Assembly: GCA_020137815.1 (NCBI GenBank)
Contig: CM035353.1
Location: 2,108,001 to 2,172,000, forward strand
DNA length: 64,000 nt
Direction: 5' to 3'
Source of the DNA: Hormiphora californensis
Taxonomy: Eukaryota > Animalia > Ctenophora
Positions 1 to 10,508 of this stretch are shown here, in pieces; position 1 is the first letter of the stretch; the number at the start of each line of letters is the position of its first letter. A program made the position numbers and the translations under genes. The notes below the pieces were generated by a model. The model was not told the DNA's origin. It worked only from the letters and a program-made list of their open reading frames with translations, and searched no databases.

Positions 1-274
1 TAACGGATAGCCCTAACCCGTCGCGCGCGCCAAAACTACGAATTGTTAGCAATGAAAGGCACCCAGATTTTAACGTTTTCCTTTCGAATATTGAAGTCCA
101 TTCACCTTTTTTAGCCCTTTATTTTTCGGAGGCAAAAAAATATCGCACACAAAATTTAAATTTAATATGCGTCGCACGCGCAGTTAATGTAACGCGCGAA
201 GTATGACAAAAAACGCTGCCAACAAGTGTTTTTTACGCTGCGCTGAAAATGCTCAGTGCAGCTCCAGCTCCAGC

Positions 275-760
275 TCAGATTTTGGGCAGCCTTAAAATCT
301 GGGTGTTTGGTGAGTGCTGACAAAAGGCTTTTTAGGGTTAGGGCTAAAGTAGGGTTAGGGTTGGGGCTGGGGGTTGGGCTGGGGTTAGGCCTTGACATTT
401 CCTACCAGATAAACTTTGAATTAGCCAAAACAGTTGAGTGGTTTGGACTTTGGCGGTTAGAGCCATTTTAGTGAATCAACTTTTTTGGCAGTGACCAGTG
501 TGCACCTGTTAACACTAAAGACCCAGATCGGAACAGCGCCCCAGATTTTTGGCCAGCGTTAAAATCTGAGTGTTTCGTGAGTGCAGACAAACGGTTTTTT
601 AAGGTTAGGGCTAAATTGGGGTTAGGATTAGCCGTTAGTGCTGGGGGTTGGGTTGGGGTTAGGCCTTGACATTTCCTACCAGATAAACTTTCAATTAGCC
701 AAAACGGTTGAGTGGTTTGGCGGATAGAGCCATTTTAGTGAATTAACTTTTTTGGCAGCA
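275..760. repeat. Two ~265-bp degenerate direct repeats containing telomere-like GGGTTA/GGGTTG runs (probably internal to a transposon)
   Basis: CAGATTTT..GCCTTAAAATCTG..GGTTAGGGCTAAA..GGCCTTGACATTTCCTACCAGATAAACTTT occurs at ~277 and again at ~542. Confidence 0.7.
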
Positions 761-1486
761 CGCAGCTGTAAACAGGCCACCAAACACCCAGAAAATTTGA
801 GCCAATCACAGCACAGATTTCGGACCGTGTTATCCTTTACATTTGTAAAGGGTGGAGCTCGCGAAAAGAGCGTTGAGCTAGGCAAACGATTGTCGGAAAA
901 GTGCTAAGTGCCAGACTTTCACCCTGGTCCAGGGTCCCTGGACTATTTTTAGACATCTCAAACAAAGTTTTTTACACTATTTCATCATAATTTGTTTTTT
1001 TATGATAAGTCATGCGTAGAGACGGCCTCCAAGAAGAAGAAGAGTCTTCTTAGAAGACACGCATGATTTCAGACTTTACGGTGAATACGCCTTAATTCAA
1101 TGTCTTCGTTTCAACACTTCTCCCAGCGCATTAAATCAACCCAATGCAAGTTCGGACAAAGAAATATATTGCAAGAGGGCATCTCACTGCCATTGTTTGG
1201 TTATGAAATTACCCCTCCCGGTAGAGATGGAATGGTTGTAGATGTCTCTCTCTATCTTTCTTTTTCTCTATCTTTCTCCCTCTTAGAGTCAGCGGCTGAT
1301 TTTTGAAGTTGAAGTTTGCTACCCATTTTATGAGTTTTTGAAGTCGCTTCAAAAACTTTAAAAATATTGATAAATTTTAATTGTTACGAGTGGATAAAGG
1401 CTATTCTTGTTACAGGAAATAAACGTGTTTATAGCACATATCACAACCGAAATTAGAGCCCACAAAACAAACTTTTCTTGGGGCGT

Positions 1487-2489
1487 TGTAGGGTGAGCCG
1501 AGCCGTCAGCACGGACTGTAAAATGCTAGGCGCTACAAGGGTAACTAGACCTCCCCTTGAGCGTGCTCGACAACCTACGGACTGGGGTTTCCAGCCCAAT
1601 AAACCTTGCTGGTCTAGCAGCGTACAAGACCCCTAACCTTGCACCGATCAGTATCCTTAGGATTTGTGACTGGCCGCGACCCAACCAAACGTGAAGCTCC
1701 TATCGCCGATACTAAGTGTCCCCACTTATAGAGAGTTGCCAATGTGGCTAGAAGTGAGGCTGGAGACACTTTGTACCCTAAACTAGGCATTAGGAGTTCC
1801 CCCGATCCGGTACCTAGTGTTCCCCTAGAGTGAGAATTGCCAATGTGGCAAGAAGAGATAATATAGAGAACCCCTCGAGAATATTGGGGAACACCGAGTA
1901 GAGTTGTACTAATTGAAATGGGTCGGTTAAAAGGTTGTAACTAATGTGCCCCTAGCTACAATCATATATACAATAGATAATACAACATATTGCAAATAAC
2001 TCAACTCCCTCAAACAACTCTTTCTCCCCCTACGAGACTCACAAAACTCGGGCAAAGCCAATATATAAGAGAGATGGTTTCCCCACCATCTCCCGAGCAA
2101 CATATTCTAATCCCCTAAAAACCGAACTCCCTCCTCTCCTCTCTCGCTCTCAGGTCACCTCTTTCTCAGATCACGCGATCCACGCCAGCCTAGGCTTACG
2201 TGGCAGCTTCTCCTCTCGGCACGTCCCACAATCCCCTGTACGCGGCTTCTAGCTATTCCTACTCATCTCAAACATTAACCCAAATTCTCCTCTTCTAATA
2301 TCTCTCCATAACTATTGTAACAAATAAATAATGCCTATTCTCCCCTAAAGAATTCCTAAATATTTGTATCCTCCTAACTCACTCTCAACCATCATAAGAT
2401 CATCAAATACCTATCATCCGACTCACTCTCAGTCACTCTGAGAGAGAAACAATGTAGGAACACGAGGGACCTAACTCGTGTGCCCTACA
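1487..2489. mobile_element. Probable solo LTR (~1.0 kb)
   Basis: Termini TGTAGGG...CCCTACA, flanked by a 4-bp direct repeat GCGT (1483-1486 and 2490-2493). No ORF. Confidence 0.75.
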
Positions 2490-2688
2490 GCGTCCCAGGA
2501 GGCCTTCCTGAACGGTGCAGAGAAAAAATAATCCTGGTGAATTTTTTTAAATCGAGAATAACTGGTTTTTGGTCAAAATCTGTGCATAAATTACACAACT
2601 GTTGTCTGTCGAAATATCTGATTGACCAAAAAAAGGAACAAGGTAGATAGTATCTTCTCTAGCTGCATTCTCACATTTCTCTCTTTTC

Positions 2689-2832
2689 TCACACAACACG
2701 CCCCACTGTACAACAGTTGAAGGGGAAACATACAGCGGGCAGATCTCGGGGTGGAAGGGTCAATGGGTTAGAGCAATGTACATGTAATGCAGAGGTTGTC
2801 GGTTTGAGCCCGGCCCTCGTCAGATATTTTTT
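2689..2832 (+). mobile_element. tRNA-derived (SINE-like) repeat copy
   Basis: Degenerate tRNA-like segment (box-A-like GGTCAATGGGTTAGAGC, box-B-like GGTTTGAGCCC) followed by a T-run. Its leader CACGCCC..CTGTACAACAGTT..GGGGAAAC..GGGCAGATCT recurs at 43017-43080. Confidence 0.5.
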
Positions 2833-3554
2833 CCCTGCCCGGGTGAATGCCGAAGGCATTCACCCGGATGCCTTTTTGCTTTGCAAAAAGGCATAGCAGG
2901 GTTAGAATTCGAAAACGACATTTTGGTATACTAACTAATCGGTAGAGGGACCATTTTGGTCACACTTTAGTTGCGAGGGGCAACGGTGTAGCAACAAGAG
3001 CCACGCACACAGTTACGAGCTGCTCCTTCATAAACCACTTCATTGGCACGTTTTCAGGAAATGTGTGGCGCGCAATGAGGCGGCGTGGCGCGCAATTTAG
3101 TGCTACTAAAACACAAGGATTTGCTCTATACTGTTTGTCTGATATATAAATGATCGGGATTTTGTATCCCGCTTGCTGCTACAGCCGCGGATCTGGTCAT
3201 GATTTCCTTTCTTCATAGATTCACATGGCAGGGAAATTCAGCATTATGTTAGAACATAATGCAATTAATCTTGTTCTAGTTTCCTCCCTATTTAATCCTG
3301 ATCAGATCTCATTATATTAATAATAATAATTTACCAAAAAAAGTTATACCAGCCGGCAGACCTATTTAGGAACGTAGAATCGATTGCCAAAAAAGGTATG
3401 TCTAGTCGAGGATTCACCGAGTATACCGGGCGCTTCTATCTACTGGGCAAACCCCTTTTCTCGAGCATCCCGGTAAATCGGGGTCCGACTGTATACCTTT
3501 CCAAGTGAAATGTTGTTAAATCCTTTTTATATTGAAGTGAAAAACAATCGAGTG

Positions 3555-5035
3555 AAATTAATTTCCTCACATATCACTTTCATTTCCTCACATATCATTC
3601 ATTTCCTCACATATCACTTATCAGTTTCGTTTGAAAAGCTCGCTTCTGATAGTTTTTTGTTCTTGCACCATTGTACACGCGAACGAGCATGGCCTCCAAG
3701 TTGGATCGTGCCTTCACTATCTGGCGGAATGGCGGCCCGGGCAACAAAGCTACTACTGCTGATTACAGCCGGCTGGAGATGTCTATCGTATCTACCTTGA
3801 GACGAGTCGGTGGGTACCCTGACCCTAACAAGGAAGGTGGCACATTTGACCTGAACAAGCTGACAACCACCTATCTCTCAACTCTAGATACCAACAAGAA
3901 AGTTAGTTTTATTTCTGATATGGCGGGCTTACTTTGGTATCGTGCTCTCCCTCTCAGTCGGTTAGCTAAGAAGAACTTGTCAGATGACATGCGATCGGTT
4001 CAGAACAGTTCTGTATGTAGTGATGAATCAAAAGAGAAGGTAGAGAAGCTTATGGAGCATCTAGACCACACCCGAGACCGTCTTGACAGTGCTACAGATC
4101 TGTTATTAGAACGTGATTCCAAGATCATTGAACTGCAATCAGAGATCAGTGCCCTGAAAGACTCGATCATATCCATGAAAGATACCATGCTAGAGAAGAG
4201 CGTGACCGCTGTACAGACAGTTGTAAAGGACGAGATTCAGAATTACTCTGCTGTTCTCCAGACAGCTGCTACTGCTGTTAACCAGACCTGTGTATCTGCC
4301 CTTGCTCCCAGCAAACTACGAACAGCAATTGTCAGCGCTTCAGTTGATCGTAGTAGCAACCTGATGGTGTACGGTCTGCCTGAGAGTGACCAGCTAAGCG
4401 ACAGTACTTTAGTCAAGGATCTATTTGAACATTTGTCTGAAGCGCCAGTGTTATCAGAGGTGGCACGACTTGGTAGGAGAGGTGGTGAGGGAGTGCGGCC
4501 AGTGCGGGTGGTGCTGAGGAACAGAGAGATTGCTAGGACTATTTTGGGGAAATCAGCGACGCTGAAGGACTCTGACTAGTATCAGTCAGTGTTTATTTCA
4601 CCGGACAGATCAGTAGAAGAGAGAGCAGAGAGAAAAGAATTAGTTACTAAACTGAGAGAGAGAAGAGAAAATGAACCTGATAAAGTGTGGATGATTAGAA
4701 GAGGCTCTATTGTAGAGAGTGAGAAGTGAGAAGTGTTGCGAGAGATTAGAGAGATAGAGATTAATGAGTTAACTTTTTGAGATACGGATTTATTTTATGT
4801 TTTATAATTTTTTATGTTTTTCAGTTTTGTAAGGACATAGTGCGGGCCAGGGCGGGGTAACAGGTTCAAAGCACACAAAAGACCTAACCGTCTTCGTGCT
4901 AACGACCCTGTTACGCCACCCTGAATCCTCACTCAGTTTGGTCTGTGTGGCTGGTTTGCTTCCTATTATAATATGATTATTTCGGCGCAATGCCACTGCC
5001 AGCGGCAGTTTTGATTGATTGATTGATTGATTGAA
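3555..5035 (+). mobile_element. Non-autonomous LINE-like element carrying only an ORF1-type gene (3689-4728, one premature stop at 4579)
   Basis: Coiled coil followed by RSSNLMVYGLPES..RLGR..RPVRVVL. After the stop the same frame continues VFISPDRSVEERAERKELV, typical of CR1/L2-type ORF1. There are 5' tandem ATTTCCTCACATATCA repeats, a 3' stem-loop (4850-4923) and a (TTGA)n tail (5011-5033). No RT/endonuclease ORF. Confidence 0.65.
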
Positions 5036-5212
5036 TTTTTCCGGTAAATCGTGGTTCCGGTAAATTGGCACAATCAAGTGGGCAGTGGGGTCCAACTTTA
5101 GTAACGCAAGACGTGATGTCTTTGACGTCACGATAACGCGGTATGGTAATAGTCTTGGTGGTTCAAAGTCTATCTTTGGTTCTATAGTTCTTTCAGTTCT
5201 TTGGTATCTCAG

Positions 5213-8200
5213 ATGGTTCTCTTTTATCCTTTACTTTTCCTTGGTGTCACTAGAGGTATTTCTGATGATCATCAGTGTCCGGTAGCAGTCGATAATCGGT
5301 TTCTGGTGAGGTCTTGTGGATTCGGTGAGTCGGGTTTAGGCGACGTTCGAATTCCCATGACATGTCTAAACTCAACCGCTGGGTACCATAAAGTGTTTAG
5401 AAATCAGCCGCTCCTTAGACGTAAGAAAGCCTATGTAACATCCCTGTGCCCTAACGATTCTATTGAGTATCAGGCCTGTGGACATTATCATTCACTTTAC
5501 ACTCTAAAAAAACTCTTCCTAAATTCCCCCGTGTGTGGGAAGTTGTGCTATGAACGTGAGGTGGGCATGTACGAGTTTCACAGGGCATCCCAGACATGTC
5601 CCAGTGCTCAATCCAGTGTAGGGTACAACATAAGCCTTGTTGATGGCGAGAACTTAGAGATATGGATAAAAGAGGGAGGACTATGTGACGGTGTTTGTGA
5701 TGAAGTGAAGCTAGGTGGGGACAGGAATACAGCTTTTTTAATGTGTGTAGATGAGAGTTCTTGTAATGGATATAATTACGGGGTTGTAGCTAAGTATGAA
5801 AGTATCAATCAGTATGTCTTCGCCCCGTTCAATAGTAACTTCATTTTCAAAAATGATTCTATGAAAGCACTAATTAATCACAGCAGCTCATGTGCTAGGA
5901 ACTTGATTAGTTTTCCACTTTATAACGCCTCCCGTTGCTTCATGCGTGTGACTAAACCCACCAGTGTCCTGGATTTTGAACTCACGTCCTATTATAAATC
6001 GTATTGCGACAACGGAATGGACCAGACAAACTGCTCAGATCCTGCTAAGGTCGCTGGTTCGTGCCTTATCGGCGGATATCCCTCTACAGTTTCCATTCAC
6101 ATTGTCTGTCAGAGGAATGGGATATTGTGTGATGACAACATGCACAAACAGTGTCACACATTGAACCGGTATTGTACCATTCATAAACATCGGTTATGTA
6201 ACGGTCAAGATGATTGTGCTATGGGGGCGGATGAACAGAAGGAGAGGTGTTTCAAGCTCACCCAACGATCGTGTGTTCGCAGTTTCAGTCAAGATCAGGG
6301 GTTACTTAGGATTCCAGTGGACTGGGTCCAGGATGGAGTGGTAGACTGTCTTGATGGGGAAGATGAAAAGAATAACTGGGAAACATGCGGTATAGGCGTC
6401 AGAAGGATGATTAAATATTCGACTGAGAAATGTAGTAATGTCTTCCTTTGCAAACATAACAAGTTGCAATTTTTAGAGGCCGCCCATTTATGCTCCTTTA
6501 CCTCAAACTGTGACGAAGGAGTCTGTCGCATGGCTAAAAGTAGACCGCAAATAAACAGAAAATTGTTTGAAACGAGGACGGGAGTAGGAAAAACTCTCAC
6601 GAGTTCAGTTTGTGTGAAAGGCCTTGAAAATCTTCTTTTGCTAGCGGACCAACGTTGTCAATCGGAAACTTTTAACCATCGATTTCATCAGTTCTTTGGG
6701 AAAAATTTAACAACAGACTTAGTTCTTCCAGCAAAGAAGGGTGACTGTAGGTACTTGTTCGGGGAAGCGTATGTGTTTTACAGCTGTTCAGGGAATTGCT
6801 TCAACACGTCATGTCCCTTGAAAAGACCCGTCCTTCATACCACTTGTAGTAATCGCAAAAACATGCTGTATTCTCTCAACTTACAGCTAGGCTCAATTAC
6901 CAATGTACAAACGTCTCGCGAACGGTTCCATAACAACTTCTTCGTTTGTAAAAACACTGACTGCATCCAGTTTGAGAAAGTGTGTGATCTTGTTGATGAC
7001 TGCTTGGATAGATCCGATGAGGAGGAATGTTCGAACAATTTTCAGTGTTCTGATAAATCTGGTTTCCTCGCGTTGAGCCAAAAGTGTGATGGGAAGGTTG
7101 ACTGCAAGGACCTATCTGATGAATGCAATGAGAGTTGTAGAAGAAAAGCCGTGAAAAACGAGGCTATTTTAGGAATTGCATTTTGCATGGGAGTTGCAGG
7201 AATAACTTTTGCAGTTGGTAGCATAATCAAAGGCTTTATGAATATACGGAAAGCAAAAAAGAGTGGAGAGTTCATCAATCAAAGCATGGTCTTGATGATT
7301 TCTTTGGGAGATCTACTGACATCTGCATATCTCCTAACCCTCACTTCAGTCCACTGGATCTACGGTTCCGGCTTCTGTAAATATCAATTTGAATGGATTA
7401 GCGGAGCCCCTTGTACTGTAATTGGGGTTTTGAATAGCATTGGATCATCTATTTCTTCCCTTGTAATGGCCTTAGTCAGCTGCTTCCGACTCCGTGGTAC
7501 CGTAATGGCCCTTCGATACCGCCGTTCAGATGAGGTGACCCGGAAGCTAAAGGTTAAAGTAGGTGTACTACTCGGAGGAGTCGTACTGATATCTCTGACA
7601 GCGTCGGTTTTCCCGTTGATAGATGCTCTTGATGATTGGTTTGTCAATGGACTTGTATTTGATGAGGGTGTCAAACTGTTTCTTGGAGTAATAGACAAAA
7701 GTCAGCTAGTGGAGATTGTGCGGGGTTACCATAGTAGTCATGAAATCGCACCGCGACAGTCTGGTAACACTGTATCTTGGAACACATTCCAAGAAATGAT
7801 TTCTGAAATGTTTTCCCAGGATTATGATCCGGTAAGGGGCAAAAAGCTGTCTTTCTACGGGAATGACCCAGTGTGTATGTTTAAGGCATTTGTCCTTCTG
7901 GATGATCCCCAGGTAGTTTACGTTTGGGCTTACCATAGCTTCTATTTTCTCTGCTTCGGATGCGTAGCGGTATGCCATGGAGCGATCGCAGTTCTCACCA
8001 AAAGATCAATAGTCCAAAGTAACAAGTCTAACTCACTCAGTCGTAAGGTCTCTTTGATCTGCCTAACTGATTTCTGTTGCTGGATGCCCTTTCTGATCTG
8101 CTGCGTCCTACACACAGCTGAGGTTATGGACATGTCACCGTGGTACCAGGTCTTCTCCCTCAACATCCTACCCCTCAATTCGGTTCTGAATCCTGTTTTG

Positions 8201-8866
8201 TACAGTGATATATTTACAACTGTTTGTAATTACTTTAAAAAGCCACATATTGCTAACACTAACCCTGTTCCTGAAGCCGCTCCGGCAGCCGCACCTCGTA
8301 CCACTCCGGAAGCCGCTCCTGTTATTGCTCCTGAAGCCGCTCCTGTTATTGCTCCTGAAGCCGCTCCTGTTATTGCTCCTGAAGCCGCTCCTGTTATTCC
8401 TCCTGAAGCCGCACTTGTTATTGCTCCTGAAGCCGCTCCTGTTATTCCTCCTGAAGCCGCTCCTGTTATTGCTCCTGAAGCCGCTCCTGTTATTCCTCCT
8501 GAAGCCGCTCCTGTTATTCCTCCTGAAGCCGCTCCTGTTATTCCTCCTGAAGCCGCTCCTGTTATTGCTCCTGAAGCCGCTCCTGTTATTGCTCCTGAAG
8601 CCGCTCCTGTTATTCCTCCTGAAGCCGCTCCTGTTATTCCTCCTGAAGCTGCTCCTGTTATTCCTCCTGAAGCCGCTCCTGTTATTCCTCCTGAAGCCGC
8701 TCCTGTTATTCCTCCTGAAGCTGCTCCTGGAACTACTACTGGTACCACTCCTCAAGCCGATCCTGGAGCCGGTCCTGGATCCGCCCATGAAGCCACACCT
8801 GAAGCCACTCAGGCTGCAGCAGCCGCCGCTGGTATCCTTCCTGAAGCCGCTTCTGATACGAACTGA
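5213..8866 (+). CDS. Single-exon LDLa-repeat rhodopsin-class GPCR (GRL101/RXFP-related 7TM, no LRRs) with a repetitive C-terminal tail
   Basis: Signal peptide MVLFYPLLFLGV; LDLa motifs (LCNGQDDCAMGADE, VCDLVDDCLDRSDEEEC, KCDGKVDCKDLSDEC); 7TM motifs SLGDLLTSAYL, YGNDPVC, TDFCCWMP, LPLNSVLNPVLY. The ATG at 5213 directly follows TCTCAG. Confidence 0.9.
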   Translation: MVLFYPLLFLGVTRGISDDHQCPVAVDNRFLVRSCGFGESGLGDVRIPMTCLNSTAGYHKVFRNQPLLRRKKAYVTSLCPNDSIEYQACGHYHSLYTLKKLFLNSPVCGKLCYEREVGMYEFHRASQTCPSAQSSVGYNISLVDGENLEIWIKEGGLCDGVCDEVKLGGDRNTAFLMCVDESSCNGYNYGVVAKYESINQYVFAPFNSNFIFKNDSMKALINHSSSCARNLISFPLYNASRCFMRVTKPTSVLDFELTSYYKSYCDNGMDQTNCSDPAKVAGSCLIGGYPSTVSIHIVCQRNGILCDDNMHKQCHTLNRYCTIHKHRLCNGQDDCAMGADEQKERCFKLTQRSCVRSFSQDQGLLRIPVDWVQDGVVDCLDGEDEKNNWETCGIGVRRMIKYSTEKCSNVFLCKHNKLQFLEAAHLCSFTSNCDEGVCRMAKSRPQINRKLFETRTGVGKTLTSSVCVKGLENLLLLADQRCQSETFNHRFHQFFGKNLTTDLVLPAKKGDCRYLFGEAYVFYSCSGNCFNTSCPLKRPVLHTTCSNRKNMLYSLNLQLGSITNVQTSRERFHNNFFVCKNTDCIQFEKVCDLVDDCLDRSDEEECSNNFQCSDKSGFLALSQKCDGKVDCKDLSDECNESCRRKAVKNEAILGIAFCMGVAGITFAVGSIIKGFMNIRKAKKSGEFINQSMVLMISLGDLLTSAYLLTLTSVHWIYGSGFCKYQFEWISGAPCTVIGVLNSIGSSISSLVMALVSCFRLRGTVMALRYRRSDEVTRKLKVKVGVLLGGVVLISLTASVFPLIDALDDWFVNGLVFDEGVKLFLGVIDKSQLVEIVRGYHSSHEIAPRQSGNTVSWNTFQEMISEMFSQDYDPVRGKKLSFYGNDPVCMFKAFVLLDDPQVVYVWAYHSFYFLCFGCVAVCHGAIAVLTKRSIVQSNKSNSLSRKVSLICLTDFCCWMPFLICCVLHTAEVMDMSPWYQVFSLNILPLNSVLNPVLYSDIFTTVCNYFKKPHIANTNPVPEAAPAAAPRTTPEAAPVIAPEAAPVIAPEAAPVIAPEAAPVIPPEAALVIAPEAAPVIPPEAAPVIAPEAAPVIPPEAAPVIPPEAAPVIPPEAAPVIAPEAAPVIAPEAAPVIPPEAAPVIPPEAAPVIPPEAAPVIPPEAAPVIPPEAAPGTTTGTTPQADPGAGPGSAHEATPEATQAAAAAAGILPEAASDTN
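8306..8730 (+). repeat. Coding 24-bp tandem repeat, PEAAPVI(A/P) x ~17
   Basis: CCTGAAGCCGCTCCTGTTATT(G/C)CT units in frame in the GPCR tail. Confidence 0.95.
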
Positions 8867-8931
8867 ATACATTAGAAGCAAGATATTACTCTGATATTTC
8901 CTGGAACACTAAGCTGAATACTGGGTGTACA

Positions 8932-9204
8932 ATGTAAAGTCGGATTTTTTGAAGTTTCCACCCCCCCCCCCTGGGTGGCACAAGATTTAATTTGCACGCC
9001 GAAAACTATTTTTTGGCTCTCACGCCTTTGTTTCTTAGCCAAATTCGTCAAACAAAATGTTTACAGACTCACAAAATTATGTTCTTTCCGATGATATAAT
9101 GCGGCTTTTTTGCCGAAAATTGAGCGCAAGTTGGGGCTGTCACGCCCAAATACGACGCTGCGTGTGAAAAGGGGGTGACAACTTCAAAAAATCCGACTTT
9201 ACAT
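8932..9204. mobile_element. MITE
   Basis: Inverted termini ATGTAAAGTCGGATTTTTTGAAGTT / AACTTCAAAAAATCCGACTTTACAT. Confidence 0.7.
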
Positions 9205-9717
9205 GCACGGCTGGTTATAGATTTTCACTGTACATTGTACATTGTACATTGTACATTGTACAAGCTGCACTAAAATCAAGAGTACAGTTTTCTTTCAGCT
9301 CTTTTTAAAGTTTTGTTTTGTTTATTTATAAAATGTAATTGTGTTCTGCCCCGTTCTGCATTGTATTTTTTGTTATTGTGTTCTACATAGTTTATTAGTT
9401 CAATCAAAACTCAAATGTGACTGTTTTATTCTTTCTCCGTGTATATTATGGAAAATTAGGGTGATTTTCTTGTGGCTGCTGCCATTAGAAAATGGGGACA
9501 ATATGATAGTCCAGAAATTGAAAATTTCCCACACACCCTTTAACCAAGTTACCCCTCCCTTGCCGGCGCTAAACCGAAACACGCCCTACGAATGGCTATT
9601 TCGTAACCTTCTCTACAGCACCTTTACGACCTAGAGGATGAGAAAGATACGGAGGGTAGCATTCTCTACGTTCTCGCTAAATCTGCTGATAGTTGGAGGG
9701 TTATTACGGAGTTAAAG

Positions 9718-10029
9718 GTTGACAAGATGCCTAAAACTTTTCTTCTACCTTATTTTTCGATTTATCAGGAGTTTTAAGCATTTTTGCAGCGCTGCACCGC
9801 ACTTGTTTAAACATTTGGCTGCTGAAAAGGTATATTCCAGTGTAGATTTTAGCCGTGGTATACTTTTTCAGCAGGCAGCAGCCAAATGTTTAAACAAGTG
9901 CGGCGTGGCGCTGGAAAGCGCCCTGTTTTGAATATTTTCTTACACGACAAAAAAATCTGAAAAAATGCTTAAAACTCCTGATAAATCGAAAAAATAAGAT
10001 AGAAGAAAAGTTTTAGGTATCTTGTCAAC
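9718..10029. mobile_element. Palindromic MITE
   Basis: ~65-bp inverted arms (TTGACAAGATGCCTAAAACTTTTCTTCTA.. / ..TAGAAGAAAAGTTTTAGGTATCTTGTCAA) plus an internal inverted repeat. Confidence 0.75.
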
Positions 10030-10508
10030 AAGGCTTCACAAATAAAACCTTTTACCACTACCACAGAAGTGGTGCGGTGTCCGGGATAAGGGCTTACTGG
10101 TATTCCCCAGATGAGTTAGAAGTTAGAACAACTGGGAAAATAATATTGAGCTGTTTTTCAGCAACTCTTTTTTGAAAACTTTTAGTCACTGAAGTCTGAT
10201 TTTTTGAAGTTTTCATCCGGAATTTACCCCCTCTCTTCCAGTGTGTGTTTGTTCATGCAAGTGGGTTCATTGGTAGTAACAGAACAACGGAAGGTGCCCT
10301 ACAGATAGTAGTCACTATGTCCGCTACAGATTTCGAAACCACTATGCCTTTTTGCAAAAGGCATCCTGGTGAAGGCGTTCGGCCGGGCGGTGAAAAAGTT
10401 TGCTTTTAAAAATGTGCTTGATTGCTCTTCTTGAACTAATTTCTTTCACTCATGATTTAATAGCTGTTTAACTTTTCATTACAAAACGACATGTTAGTGT
10501 AGGGTAAA

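Noticed and set aside
330-670. Telomere or interstitial telomeric array
   Set aside because: Only a few degenerate GGGTTA/GGGCTG units within a longer duplicated block; not a (TTAGGG)n tract.
2748-2822. Functional tRNA genes here and at 43126-43200
   Set aside because: The T-loop is TTG rather than TTC, stems are mismatched, and both are embedded in a repeat with a shared leader. Treated as tRNA-derived repeats.
4579-4728. Programmed stop-codon readthrough in the LINE ORF1
   Set aside because: A single TAG in a TE copy is more simply a disabling mutation; it cannot be supported without other copies.
4840-5010. Self-cleaving ribozyme in the LINE-like 3' region
   Set aside because: A hairpin is evident, but I could not identify hammerhead (CUGANGA/GAAA), HDV or twister cores in the correct arrangement.
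8168-8894. Overlapping ORFs (RSGFRRNN)n, (LKPLLLLL)n and (GAASGGIT)n
   Set aside because: Alternative frames and antisense of the coding 24-bp repeat in the GPCR tail.
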